Of a stretch of 33,233 bases of DNA, positions 8,629-18,527 are shown in pieces. Positions within the stretch are counted from its first letter, which is position 1; every line of letters starts with the position of its first letter. The stretch is taken from assembly GCA_964471995.1 (NCBI GenBank), contig CAYYIR010000001.1:1-33233 (forward strand), read 5' to 3'. A program made the position numbers and the translations under genes. The stretch is from an uncultured Nitrospina sp. Its GTDB lineage: Bacteria; Nitrospinota; Nitrospinia; Nitrospinales; VA-1. A model generated the notes under the pieces. It was not told the origin of the DNA. It saw nothing but the letters and a program-made list of their open reading frames with translations, and made no database searches.

Positions 8629-10956
8629 TTAAGATGTTATTTGCTCCGTGACAAAGGGTTCAATAATATCCCCTTGTTTAATATCTTGAAACTTTTCTAT
8701 TGAAATCCCACATTCATATCCAGCGGTCACTTCTTTGACATCGTCTTTGAACCGTCGTATAGAAGCAATTTTACCTTGATAAACGACCACATTATCGCGA
8801 ATCAGTCTTGTTTCCAAATTGCGTTCAGCTTTTCCAGATAAAACATGACAGCCCGCTATGGTTCCCACTTTTGGGATAGCAAACACTTCTCGTACTTCTA
8901 TTCGACCAACAATACGTTCTTTGAATTTTGGTGCCAGCATGCCTTCCATAGCCGCCTTCATATCATTGATGGCATCGTAAATAATGCTGTAAAGGCGTAT
9001 ATCTACCCTTTCTCTTAAGCCGAGTTTGGATGCCTGATCAGTTGGTCGCACGTTGAAACCAATTATGATAGCGTTAGAGGCTGTCGCAAGTAATACATCG
9101 GATTCTGTTATACCACCTACGGCATCATGTATACATTTGATTCTAACTTTATCACTTCCAATTTTTTCGAATGCTTCTTGAACTGCATGGATGGATCCCT
9201 GCACATCTGCTTTAATGATGAGGTGTAGTTCTTTAATTTGTCCCTCGACGATCTGTTGATGTAAGTCATCCATGGTGATACGGGTCGATTTTGCCAATTC
9301 GGTCTCACGTTTTTGTTGAAGTCTAAGGTTGCTTAGCTGGCGGGCTTTTTTTTCATCTTGGACGACCATGAAATGATCACCTGGTTGTGGAATATCAGGC
9401 AGACCTACAATTTCAACCGGGGTAGAAGGAATAGCTTTCTTGATTTTTTTTCCAGAGTCACCAATCAATGCCCTAACCTTACCGAAATGGGGGCCAACTA
9501 TAAAGGGTTCGCCAACTTGCAGAGTACCGCTTTCCACTATAAGTGTTGCAATAGGGCCTCTGCCTTTATCCAACTTCGATTCAATGATGATTCCTTTGCC
9601 TCGCAATTTTGGATTGGCTTTCAATTCCATAATTTCAGCTTGAAGAATAAGGTTTTCCAATAAATCATCAATACCCACCCCTTTTAAAGCTGAAACCTCT
9701 ATGTATATGGTTTGTCCACCCCAGTCTTCAGGCAGAAGTCCTTGATCAGCTAATTGCTTTTTAACTTCATCGGGTTTAGCATCTGGTTTATCAATTTTAT
9801 TAATAGCGACAAGAATAGGTACGCCAGCTGCCTCCGCATGGTGGATCGCTTCCTTTGTTTGAGGTTTTATACCATCATCTGCTGCGACAACTAATACTAC
9901 AATGTCGGTTACCTGCGCACCCCGCGCTCGCATTGCCGTAAATGCTTCATGCCCCGGAGTATCCAAAAATGTAATTGCCGACCCCTTGACATGCGCCTGA
10001 TATGCGCCGATGTGCTGGGTGATACCCCCCGCCTCAACTTTAGTTATTTCTGTTTTGCGTATGGCGTCAAGCAATGAAGTTTTACCATGGTCTACGTGAC
10101 CCATAATGGTAACAATAGGGGCTCGAGTGATATGGTCTTCAGAGTTGTCCTCTTCATTTTCTATGAAATCTAGTTCAGATACTTTGACGAGAAGTTCAAC
10201 TTCGAATCCCATTTTATCTGCAACTTTACTTGCAAGATCATAGTTAAGAGTTTGGTTAATGTTTGCTAAAACACCAAAAACCATTAATTCCTTTATTACT
10301 TCATTAGGAGTTGATTTAAGGGTTTCTGCCAGGTCCCGAATGGGGACATTCTCTGGGATTTTTACTAGCTCGAAGGCTTGTTCTTCTTCGACAGGCTTAG
10401 GCTCGGTTACAAGGACTGATTCTTTGACTGTTTCAGGTTTTTTGGTTTCTGCTTCCAGAATTTTAGGTTTTTCCTTGGGTGGAGTTTTAGGTTTTTCTTT
10501 TTCTGGCGGCTTTTCTTCCTGTTTTATAATTTTCAGGCCGAGTTTTTTTCCCGGTTTTGCTCCAACCTTTTTTTTACTTTCTTCTTTTTTGGATTTAACG
10601 GTCTTAGCCTTAACCGTTTTTACTACTTTAATTTTTTTCTCAGGTTTTTCTTCTTTAGCCTCGATTTTTTTTACTTTAATCGACTTAGCTTGGGTTTTTG
10701 CTGTTGTAATTTTTACTTTTGAAGGAGCTTTTATTTTTATTTTCGTTTTTGATTTTGTTTTAACTTTAACTTCCTTTGGTTCAGCCTTAGAGGAGGTTTT
10801 CGGTGAGAAAAGGTCTCGGATATGTTGCGCGGCTTCCTCATCTACGGAACTCATATGATTTTTTACTGCGATCTTTTTCTTTTGCAAAGCTTCAATGATC
10901 TGGTCATTTTGCAAACCGAGTTCCAGAGCTAGTTTGTTTACGCGAATCTTAGCCAA
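8629..10956 (-). CDS. infB: Translation initiation factor IF-2
   Basis: GTPase motifs [17 protein letters not shown] and NKID. The N-terminal region is Lys/Glu/Pro-rich and low-complexity. The start is TTG at 10956..10954, preceded by a strong SD (AAGGAGGAG). Confidence 0.97.
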   Translation of the reverse strand: MAKIRVNKLALELGLQNDQIIEALQKKKIAVKNHMSSVDEEAAQHIRDLFSPKTSSKAEPKEVKVKTKSKTKIKIKAPSKVKITTAKTQAKSIKVKKIEAKEEKPEKKIKVVKTVKAKTVKSKKEESKKKVGAKPGKKLGLKIIKQEEKPPEKEKPKTPPKEKPKILEAETKKPETVKESVLVTEPKPVEEEQAFELVKIPENVPIRDLAETLKSTPNEVIKELMVFGVLANINQTLNYDLASKVADKMGFEVELLVKVSELDFIENEEDNSEDHITRAPIVTIMGHVDHGKTSLLDAIRKTEITKVEAGGITQHIGAYQAHVKGSAITFLDTPGHEAFTAMRARGAQVTDIVVLVVAADDGIKPQTKEAIHHAEAAGVPILVAINKIDKPDAKPDEVKKQLADQGLLPEDWGGQTIYIEVSALKGVGIDDLLENLILQAEIMELKANPKLRGKGIIIESKLDKGRGPIATLIVESGTLQVGEPFIVGPHFGKVRALIGDSGKKIKKAIPSTPVEIVGLPDIPQPGDHFMVVQDEKKARQLSNLRLQQKRETELAKSTRITMDDLHQQIVEGQIKELHLIIKADVQGSIHAVQEAFEKIGSDKVRIKCIHDAVGGITESDVLLATASNAIIIGFNVRPTDQASKLGLRERVDIRLYSIIYDAINDMKAAMEGMLAPKFKERIVGRIEVREVFAIPKVGTIAGCHVLSGKAERNLETRLIRDNVVVYQGKIASIRRFKDDVKEVTAGYECGISIEKFQDIKQGDIIEPFVTEQITS

Positions 10957-11072
10957 ATCTCCTCCTTTGGTTTAAGCCAGCCATTTTATTTTGACTACAG
11001 GATCGATCTTTTGTTGTGAACCTTAGCTCTAGATTCTGGTTTTGGAATTGTAAAAATATTTTCATAACAGGT

Positions 11073-12677
11073 CTATACATTTTCTGCATTACCCAACTGT
11101 TGTTTTACTTTTGCAAGTATTTCTGTTCCTAAGTTTTCATCTAGACCATCAATAGCAACCAACTCATCTAGGGGGGTAACTGAAAGCTCTGCCAGGGTTT
11201 CAAAGCCATTAGCTTTCAAAGTTTCTAGAATTTCTTGTGAAAAACCTGATAGATCGCTAATTGGGATTTCTTCATCTTCGAAGTCCCCATCCTTTGTCTC
11301 TGCTGTTGGGTTCTGATTTTCTTCTGGCTCGCATACGGCTTCTTCTTCGATAACATTTTCTTGAGATTCGGGCTTATCCCCTAATTTTAGAGCTTGTTTT
11401 GTTACTCTTTCCTTAATTTCTTCTGCTAACTCTATCAAGCCTTCTGCTTTTTTAGGACCTATCCCTGCAAATTCGACTAGTCCTTTAACTCCTTTGTCTA
11501 TAGCTTCTAGATAGGTGACAATATTATTATTAAATAATATCGTCATCACTTTTTCTCCCAGACCCTTGGTATTTTTTATATCATCAAGAAAGTCCACATC
11601 TGTGGCATTGGAAACGGACATAAAACCGGGTTGTTCTCCCAACTCTAGTGCTTCAGAGGGTCCTTTAATGTCTACTTTCCACTTCACGAGCTTTGCTGCC
11701 AGTCTTACATTCTGACCTTTTTTTCCAATAGCTAAGGACATTTGATCTTCTGCGACAATGATGGTCATTTGTTTTTCATCCCGATTAAGAATGATCTTGG
11801 AAACTTTGGCTGGGCTCAATGCGTTTTTAATATAAGTTTCAGCGTCATCAGAATACTCAACAATATCTATCTTTTCGCCTCTTAACTCTTGAACGATAGA
11901 TTGAACGCGCATTCCTCTCATGCCAACACACGCCCCTACTGCATCTATATCGCGGTCATTTGTTCTTACGGCAATTTTGGTTCGGCCATTGGGTTCACGA
12001 ACTACTCCCATAATTTCAACCATCCCCTCGCTGATTTCTGGGACTTCCATTTCGAATAATCTTTTAACCAAACCAATATGAGTTCTAGAAAGAATAACCA
12101 GAGCATTTTTGGGAGTTTTGCGAACATCCAAAACATATGCACGTATACGCTCGCCGCGGTTAAAACTTTCCCTAAATACTTGTTCCCTGCGTGGCAGAAT
12201 TCCTTCTGCATTTCCGAGATCAACAATCAGATCACCATGTTCCATACGGTGTACAATTCCGTTAAGCAGGTCTCCTTTTTTATCTTTATATTCGTTATGG
12301 ATAAGTTCTATTTCAGCCTCACGTACTTTCTGGACGATAACCTGTTTAGCTAGTTGAGCAGCAATACGACCGTAATTTTCCATAATTTGTTGAACAAGAA
12401 CTTGATTGCCAATTTGTACATCTTCGGAAAAGGAAGAGGCTTCCTTCAGACTAATTTCCTTATCTGCATGTTCAACTTTTTTAACCACTGTTTTTTCAAT
12501 ATAGATTTCGACTTCTCCTGTCGACTCATTAAATTCGCTTTGTAGTTCACTAGCTGCTGGATAACGTTTGCGAGCAGCGACTTCCACTGCTGCTTTGAGG
12601 GCATCAATTAAAACATCTTTTTCAATGCCTTTGTCTCGGCTGAGTTGTTCTAAAATACTGAGAGTTTCTAAGCTCAT
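11073..12677 (-). CDS. nusA: Transcription termination/antitermination factor NusA (long form with C-terminal acidic HhH repeats)
   Basis: N-terminal domain, S1 domain, two KH domains (GACVGMRGMRVQ, AIGKKGQNVRLA), then an acidic linker and two helix-hairpin-helix-like repeats. Confidence 0.96.
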   Translation of the reverse strand: MSLETLSILEQLSRDKGIEKDVLIDALKAAVEVAARKRYPAASELQSEFNESTGEVEIYIEKTVVKKVEHADKEISLKEASSFSEDVQIGNQVLVQQIMENYGRIAAQLAKQVIVQKVREAEIELIHNEYKDKKGDLLNGIVHRMEHGDLIVDLGNAEGILPRREQVFRESFNRGERIRAYVLDVRKTPKNALVILSRTHIGLVKRLFEMEVPEISEGMVEIMGVVREPNGRTKIAVRTNDRDIDAVGACVGMRGMRVQSIVQELRGEKIDIVEYSDDAETYIKNALSPAKVSKIILNRDEKQMTIIVAEDQMSLAIGKKGQNVRLAAKLVKWKVDIKGPSEALELGEQPGFMSVSNATDVDFLDDIKNTKGLGEKVMTILFNNNIVTYLEAIDKGVKGLVEFAGIGPKKAEGLIELAEEIKERVTKQALKLGDKPESQENVIEEEAVCEPEENQNPTAETKDGDFEDEEIPISDLSGFSQEILETLKANGFETLAELSVTPLDELVAIDGLDENLGTEILAKVKQQLGNAENV

Positions 12678-12685
12678 TTTCTTGC

Positions 12686-13147
12686 CTAAATTTCTATGAC
12701 TAAATTTGCTTTAGCGACTCGATTCAAAGGAATCGTATGGAGTTGTCCATCCACATCAAGGTGAATTGATTTATTTTTAAAACTTATCAGGAAACCTATA
12801 AACTTTTTTTTACCATTTAAAGGTGCGTGACATTGAACGAATATTTTTTTCCCACAAAATCTGATGAAATCCTTTTCTTTTTTCAGTACCCGGTTTAACC
12901 CAGGCGAAGATACTTCCAAGGTGTACTCAGGATCAATAACTTCTTCAACCTCTATTAAGTCTCCCGTAAGACCACTAACTTTTTGGCAATCAGCAAGAGT
13001 TACTCCACTTTCTTTATCGATATAAATCCGGAGGACCCAGCTTTTGCCCTCCTTTTTGAACTCGACATCGACCAACTCAAGTCCATTCGCCAAAAGAACG
13101 GGCTCGATCAACTCTATTACGGATTGAGTGACCGGAACTTTTCCCAT
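12686..13147 (-). CDS. rimP: Ribosome maturation factor RimP
   Basis: Contains LVDVEFKKEGKSWVLRIYIDK and LEVSSPGLNRVLKK. The track ORF opens at TTG 13159. ATG at 13147 follows a GAGGTG SD by 4 nt and is preferred. Confidence 0.9.
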   Translation of the reverse strand: MGKVPVTQSVIELIEPVLLANGLELVDVEFKKEGKSWVLRIYIDKESGVTLADCQKVSGLTGDLIEVEEVIDPEYTLEVSSPGLNRVLKKEKDFIRFCGKKIFVQCHAPLNGKKKFIGFLISFKNKSIHLDVDGQLHTIPLNRVAKANLVIEI

Positions 13148-13174
13148 TTTGCACCTCAATGTGTAAGAGAGAAT

Positions 13175-13196
13175 TTTCAGGTCTAGCTACCTGAAA
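13175..13196 (-). promoter_or_regulatory. Short hairpin in the rimP-nusA-infB leader
   Basis: UUUCAGGU-AGCUAG-ACCUGAAA (8 bp stem, 6 nt loop) sits 28-49 nt upstream of the rimP ATG and is followed by the pyrimidine-rich AUUCUCUCUU. Its function is not established. Confidence 0.3.
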
Positions 13197-13251
13197 TCAT
13201 TAAACCTACAAGGAGGAGGAAGTAATACAACTGACCTTTTTCAACGGGAAA

Positions 13252-13283
13252 AGCAAAAAAAAATGCGGGCTCAAAGCCCGCAT
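13252..13283 (-). terminator. Rho-independent terminator after proS
   Basis: Minus-strand RNA is UGCGGGC-UUUGA-GCCCGCA followed by U9, about 90 nt downstream of the proS stop. Confidence 0.85.
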
Positions 13284-13374
13284 TGCAGAGCCCGTATTTA
13301 ATTGGAGCAATTGTACTAAAATTTCGTGCATGATTTCAAGGGAAATCTGGTTGTTACAAGGGGCAGGCAATATT

Positions 13375-15084
13375 TTATAAGTTCTTTAAAATATTAGGGA
13401 TATCTTGTAAACACTGAGGATAAAGGTGCAGTTGAGAATCTTGTGTCTTGCGAATTTTCATTTCAATTTTTCCTTCTTCCAGGTTTTTGGGGCCAACTAT
13501 AATCTGGAGAGGAATCCCAATTAAATCAGCATCTTTAAGCTTGACTCCTAATCGATCCAGTCGATCATCTAATAGCACTTCGATTCCCATTTCCGATAGC
13601 TGGGTGTAAATAGATTGGCAGGCCTTTTTTAAATCATCATTTTTAAAATTTACGGGAATGATGATGACTTCGAAAGGAGCTAGGTTCAGAGGCCAGACCA
13701 TTCCTTTCTCGTCATGGTTTTGTTCTACCGAGGCAGCAGCAGTTCTTCCAACACCTATTCCGTAACAACCCATTACCATTAGATTTTCTTTTCCATTGTT
13801 ATCCAAGTAAATGGCGTTCATGAACTCACTGTATTTTTTTCCAAGGACAAAGATGTGTCCGACTTCTATTCCGCGTTTGATCTCATATTTTCCGTCGTCA
13901 CATTTAGGACAGGGGTCGCCAAATCGGATACGCCGCAAATCTCCAAGCTTTTGTATTTTAATATCACGTTGGGCTTGCACTCCCATGAAATGAGTGTCGG
14001 CTTTGTTAGCCCCTGTTACAAAATTATCTAAGGCGGCAACTTCTTCGTCAACGTATATGGGAATATTTAGGTCAACTGGCCCAATGTATCCACAAGGGAT
14101 ACCTAGTTTCTCGTCAATCATTTTTTCTTCGGCAGGTGATAACCATTCGCACCCAATCAGATTTTTCATTTTAACTGGATTGATTTCATGGTCACCACAA
14201 ATCAGTCCAGCTACTAAGCCATTTTCATTTTCCAATAATATGGTTTTGACAATTTGTTTGTTGGGCAACCCGAGAAACTCAGAAACTTCTTCAACTGATT
14301 TTTTTTTTGGAGTATGAACTTCTTTAAGTTGGTCAGCTCCTTTTGCAGAAGTTTTTACAGAATCTACACGAGCTTCTGCCAATTCAATATTAGATGCGTA
14401 TCCGCATGATTCACAATAGGCGATTTCATCTTCTCCAGAATCGGCGAGCACAGCAAATTCATGTGAAAAATTGCCTCCTATAGTTCCAGAATCTGCTTGA
14501 ACTTGTTTAAACTCAAGTCCACAACGTTTAAAGATTTTTGCATATGCTGTTGCCATTTGTGCGTACGTTTTTTGAGTATCTACCTCGTCTGTATGGAAGC
14601 TATAGGCATCTTTCATTAAAAATTCTCTACCTCTCATGATTCCAAAACGTGGTCGAACTTCATCGCGAAACTTAGTTTGTATTTGATAAAGAATTAAGGG
14701 GAGCTGGCGATAAGACTTTATCTCCTTGCGCACGATGTCAGTAATGACTTCTTCATGAGTAGGTCCATAGCAAAACTCGCGATCATGTCGGTCTTTAATT
14801 CTTAGTAGCTCTTTACCATAAAAATCCCAACGTTTGCTTTCCTTCCATAACTCTGCAGGTTGAATGCTTGGGAGAAAGACTTCCTGGCCACCAATCTGGT
14901 TCATTTCCTCGCGGATGATCTTTTCGACTTTTTTCAAAACCCGAAGCCCTAGCGGAAGGATAGAATATATACCAGCGGCAAGTTGCCGGATCATTCCCGC
15001 TCTCACCATTAGTTTATGGCTTATGACTTCAGCATCAGCCGGTGATTCTTTTAGGGTGGGAATTAATAGTTTTGAATAATACAT
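13375..15084 (-). CDS. proS: Proline--tRNA ligase (bacterial type with insertion/editing domain)
   Basis: 569 aa. Class II motifs (FRDEVRPRFGIMRGREFLMKDAYSF, GCYGIGVGR), a central INS-like segment and a C-terminal anticodon-binding domain. Confidence 0.96.
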   Translation of the reverse strand: MYYSKLLIPTLKESPADAEVISHKLMVRAGMIRQLAAGIYSILPLGLRVLKKVEKIIREEMNQIGGQEVFLPSIQPAELWKESKRWDFYGKELLRIKDRHDREFCYGPTHEEVITDIVRKEIKSYRQLPLILYQIQTKFRDEVRPRFGIMRGREFLMKDAYSFHTDEVDTQKTYAQMATAYAKIFKRCGLEFKQVQADSGTIGGNFSHEFAVLADSGEDEIAYCESCGYASNIELAEARVDSVKTSAKGADQLKEVHTPKKKSVEEVSEFLGLPNKQIVKTILLENENGLVAGLICGDHEINPVKMKNLIGCEWLSPAEEKMIDEKLGIPCGYIGPVDLNIPIYVDEEVAALDNFVTGANKADTHFMGVQAQRDIKIQKLGDLRRIRFGDPCPKCDDGKYEIKRGIEVGHIFVLGKKYSEFMNAIYLDNNGKENLMVMGCYGIGVGRTAAASVEQNHDEKGMVWPLNLAPFEVIIIPVNFKNDDLKKACQSIYTQLSEMGIEVLLDDRLDRLGVKLKDADLIGIPLQIIVGPKNLEEGKIEMKIRKTQDSQLHLYPQCLQDIPNILKNL

Positions 15085-15121
15085 TTACCTTATTGGAGAA
15101 CTATACTAGAGAAGTGGAATT

Positions 15122-16855
15122 CTATTCGCTAAAAGATTTTTCCGCAAGAGCAATATGCTCGGCATTATGGATTTCCAACCAGCCTTTATGTATTTCCAAA
15201 TAGTGGACTATAAAACCACGATCTATCATTTCTTGGATAAGGTCGGTGAGGTTTAGCTTAGAAATATCTTCAGACTCTTGAAAATGCCCCTGGTAGTTTT
15301 TTACGATATCATTATAAGTTTCGATTAATTGTTCTGCTCCAGTTTTACTGAATTTTGCTAATCCAATAAATTCATGACTAGCGGTTTCCGGATTTATTTT
15401 ACTACCTATTTTTGCGACTACATTTTCGCTAGCAAAACGTATTTCCCTTCGCACGCGTTTATGCTGATGTTTTCCGATGATAAAATCTAAAACGTTACCT
15501 TCTTGGGTTTCGTGATACTGGGTGGAGTTGTCTGCGACCAGAATGATATCTTCTCGTCGACCCATTAGATCCTTGATAATTTCATCTTTCATGAGGATAT
15601 CTGCATAAAGCATCACGAACCCATTTACCATTTTTTCTTTTCCAACAAACAGGGAATTTAGTACTGATCCATTTTTAAAATCCAGATTTTCAAGGACGGT
15701 GATTCCATCTGCCCGCATTTGGTCTCGACCGTATCCGGCAATAACAGTGATATCCTTTAGGTTACTATTATTTAAAGCATGAATTTGATGTTCGAGAAGG
15801 GTCTTTCCACAGATTTCTAGCATGGCCTTAGGTTTTCCATTCAGGATTTCTTTTAAGACCGGGTCTTCTCCTGCAGCAGGAATGATGACTGGGACATTTG
15901 TGGATTGTTCATTTTCTTGATCCTTTTCTTTAACATCTAGAAAGCCTACCGTTTTAAAAATTTCTCTTACCGTGCTGCATAGTGGATCTGCTTCTAAGGA
16001 TCGCTGATCACGGAGAATTGTTTTTGCGGTTTCTGTCATGGATTTGTATGCACTTCTTAGTAAATGATTTGCATAAATGATGATCTGGAATCCTGCATTG
16101 CTTAGTTCATCTTCAGTAATTTGATTGTAAGTGGTAGGCACGCAAACGAGAGTTTTATTCAAATGCATTTGCTTGGAAATTACTTTGTATTGCTGGGCAA
16201 ATTCGAGAATTTCATCAGCGGATTTTGATTTTGAGTGAATCATTATTCCGTCAACACCTGCCTGTAAATAAATTTTAGCTCTACTGACCGCATCTTCCAT
16301 GGGTTTGCCAGCGATGAGGCTTTCGAGCCTTGCAATTATCATAAACTCATCGGTTTTTTGGATTTGTTTTCCACGCCGAATTTTTTGAGCAAATACTTCA
16401 GGGTCCTCTAGGTTTTGTTGAACTCCTGCTTCGAGACTATTTCGTTTTGGGAATATTTTGTCTTCTATAATTATTGCTGAGACCCCAACTCTTTCCAGTT
16501 TAGATACAGTGTATTCAAATGCGTTTACATCTCCGCCCGTGTCTCCATCGACAATCATTGGTTTATTGGTAACGGAAAGAATCTCATTGATGGTTTGCAG
16601 CCTTGAATCAAAAGTTACTACTTCAATGTCAGGGTGTCCCTTTGATGCCGAATCTGTGAGACTACTCTCCCAGATAGCGTCGAACTCACGAACCAAAGAT
16701 TTGCCATCATGCTCGCCTTTAACTTGGGCGTTATTTGCGACAATTCCGCTTAATCCGTTATGAGCTTCTAAAACGCGAACGGTTTGGTTTTTTTCCAGAA
16801 GAGCTTTTAATTTTCCTCTTCGTTGTTCAGGCAGTATGTTATTTAGGAGGGTCAT
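15122..16855 (-). CDS. aepX: Phosphoenolpyruvate phosphomutase fused to a C-terminal nucleotidyltransferase (LicC/MobA-like) domain
   Basis: N-terminal ~300 aa are isocitrate-lyase/PEP-mutase fold, with AIWESSLTDSAS, IVDGDTGGD and IARLES. The PEP-mutase-diagnostic EDKxxxxxNS reads IIIEDKIFPKRNS (16436..16465). From about residue 320, VPVIIPAAGEDPVLKEILNGKPKAMLEICGKTLLEHQI plus ITVIAGYG indicates a nucleotidyltransferase fold. No in-frame start codon lies at the junction. Confidence 0.8.
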   Translation of the reverse strand: MTLLNNILPEQRRGKLKALLEKNQTVRVLEAHNGLSGIVANNAQVKGEHDGKSLVREFDAIWESSLTDSASKGHPDIEVVTFDSRLQTINEILSVTNKPMIVDGDTGGDVNAFEYTVSKLERVGVSAIIIEDKIFPKRNSLEAGVQQNLEDPEVFAQKIRRGKQIQKTDEFMIIARLESLIAGKPMEDAVSRAKIYLQAGVDGIMIHSKSKSADEILEFAQQYKVISKQMHLNKTLVCVPTTYNQITEDELSNAGFQIIIYANHLLRSAYKSMTETAKTILRDQRSLEADPLCSTVREIFKTVGFLDVKEKDQENEQSTNVPVIIPAAGEDPVLKEILNGKPKAMLEICGKTLLEHQIHALNNSNLKDITVIAGYGRDQMRADGITVLENLDFKNGSVLNSLFVGKEKMVNGFVMLYADILMKDEIIKDLMGRREDIILVADNSTQYHETQEGNVLDFIIGKHQHKRVRREIRFASENVVAKIGSKINPETASHEFIGLAKFSKTGAEQLIETYNDIVKNYQGHFQESEDISKLNLTDLIQEMIDRGFIVHYLEIHKGWLEIHNAEHIALAEKSFSE

Positions 16856-17126
16856 CTCTGCTACTTTCTATTTCAATAAGCTCTCGTATCCATGAGGCCA
16901 CATAGATACTATCAAGATCAAAATTTTTTAATGCTTGCAGTATGACCTCGGTTTGTTCTTGAAGCGAGAGGTTTTTATCTAAAAGGATAAGGTCTTTACC
17001 ATTTAATTTGCAATAACCGCTTTGTATATGGAAATCCTGATCATTTAGATTTGTGATCTGTATTTCGATTGCTAATTTTTCTACGACACTTGTCAGATCT
17101 TCTATTTTACTTTTTATATCCTGCAT
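16839..17126 (-). CDS. Hypothetical 95-aa protein
   Basis: ATG-initiated ORF that exactly fills the rseP-to-PEP-mutase gap. Its stop overlaps the PEP mutase start by 17 nt, which suggests translational coupling. No recognisable motif and no obvious SD. Confidence 0.45.
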   Translation of the reverse strand: MQDIKSKIEDLTSVVEKLAIEIQITNLNDQDFHIQSGYCKLNGKDLILLDKNLSLQEQTEVILQALKNFDLDSIYVASWIRELIEIESSRDDPPK

Positions 17127-17154
17127 GACAGGTAAGGTTTATGTGCAAAAAAGT

Positions 17155-18522
17155 TCAGCTAATGACTCTAATAATGTCGTTGTAAAAAGCAAATACCATG
17201 AGACCAATCAACATAAATAGGCCTACTTGGTTTGCCCTTTCCCTGTTTCTTTCACTGACGGGTTTTCCTTTTAAAATTTCAATAAGGAAAAAGAAAATAT
17301 GGCCTCCATCCAATACTGGAATAGGCAACAGATTTAACAGGCCTAAATTAATGCTAAGTAATGCGGTTAGTCGAATTAGTTCGTTAAATCCTTGTTCTGC
17401 CTGTTCTCCGTAAATCTGGAAAATCAGTATAGGGCCGCCAATGGAATCGGCTGGGATAGAACCCCATATCATTTTCTTAATACTTACTGCGATTAAAAAA
17501 ATTAGTTTTCCTGTTTCTTCCAAGGCTCTTTTAAATGCTCCGAGAAACCCATATTTTTCCTGAGTCATTTCTCCGCTCATTCCAATACCCAGCATACCTA
17601 TTTCAATTTCTTTTCCTTGAAGATCCTTGGTAATTTTTGCTTCGGGAGTGATTTTTAGGACCCTTTTAGTGCCATTTCTTAAAACATGAAAAGATAGCTC
17701 TTGTCTAGGTTTGTCTATTGCAGCGGTTTTGAGATTTCCCCATCCAAAAATTTCTGTTTCGTCAACCTTTAAAAGAATATCACCTTCCTGCATTCCAGCT
17801 TGAGCTGCGGGGGTATTGGCTTTGACTAAAGTAATATTATGGACCAGTGGGGTTATTCCTATAAGACCTACTAATTCTTTGTCTCCAAACAAGTCGGTTA
17901 TTTCCTCTGCGACGGGAACTATAGGAACATTTTCGATATTGCTGTTTCTTTCTAATTTGAAATTTAAAGGTTGGCCAGGTGACTCATGGACAATTTTTTG
18001 CAATTGTTCCCAGTAAAGAATTTCTTCATCTTCAATCGCCAGAATGCGATCTCCGGTTTGAAGTCCTGCCTCAAGAGCTGGGGAGTCATCATTCACTGTC
18101 CCCACAACGGGAGTCAAAGTGGGAACACCCATGAGGTAAACAAAATAATAAATGCTGATTGCAAAAAGAATATTGAAAAGTGGTCCTGCAAATGCAATAG
18201 CAAGACGATGTCCTACTGGTGCAGCTGCAAACGATCCTTTTTCATCTGTTCCTTCTTCACCAACTTCTTCTCCCTTCATTTTTACATAGCCACCAAGCGG
18301 AATAGCTGCAATCAGGTATTCTGTGCCACCCTTTGTAAAGCCGAATATCTTTGGCCCAAAACCAAGAGCAAACTTTTCTACTATGACACCAGCTTTTCTT
18401 GCAGCTAAAAAATGTCCCAGTTCGTGAACAAAAATAAGAGCAGCAAGTCCCGCTAAAAAAGCCAGCATTTTGGTGCTGAAATTCAGGATTGCATCAATGG
18501 GCAATATTGATAATTCAAACAT
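17155..18522 (-). CDS. rseP: RIP site-2 zinc metalloprotease RseP
   Basis: HELGHFLAARKAG (HExxH) in TM1, two PDZ-like segments, and NLLPIPVLDGGH (LDG motif) near the C-terminus. Confidence 0.93.
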   Translation of the reverse strand: MFELSILPIDAILNFSTKMLAFLAGLAALIFVHELGHFLAARKAGVIVEKFALGFGPKIFGFTKGGTEYLIAAIPLGGYVKMKGEEVGEEGTDEKGSFAAAPVGHRLAIAFAGPLFNILFAISIYYFVYLMGVPTLTPVVGTVNDDSPALEAGLQTGDRILAIEDEEILYWEQLQKIVHESPGQPLNFKLERNSNIENVPIVPVAEEITDLFGDKELVGLIGITPLVHNITLVKANTPAAQAGMQEGDILLKVDETEIFGWGNLKTAAIDKPRQELSFHVLRNGTKRVLKITPEAKITKDLQGKEIEIGMLGIGMSGEMTQEKYGFLGAFKRALEETGKLIFLIAVSIKKMIWGSIPADSIGGPILIFQIYGEQAEQGFNELIRLTALLSINLGLLNLLPIPVLDGGHIFFFLIEILKGKPVSERNRERANQVGLFMLIGLMVFAFYNDIIRVIS

Positions 18523-18527
18523 TTAAA

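Noticed and set aside
10259-10858. 199-aa plus-strand ORF antisense to infB
   Set aside because: It lies opposite the Lys/Glu/Pro-rich low-complexity region of IF-2. AAR/GAR codons read as TTY/YTC on the other strand, which gives an F/S/L-rich stop-free artefact. It has no start context or recognisable domain.
13211-13220. AGGAGGAGGA Shine-Dalgarno-like run on the plus strand
   Set aside because: No start codon or ORF follows on the plus strand. It lies in the minus-strand proS-rimP spacer and is probably fortuitous.
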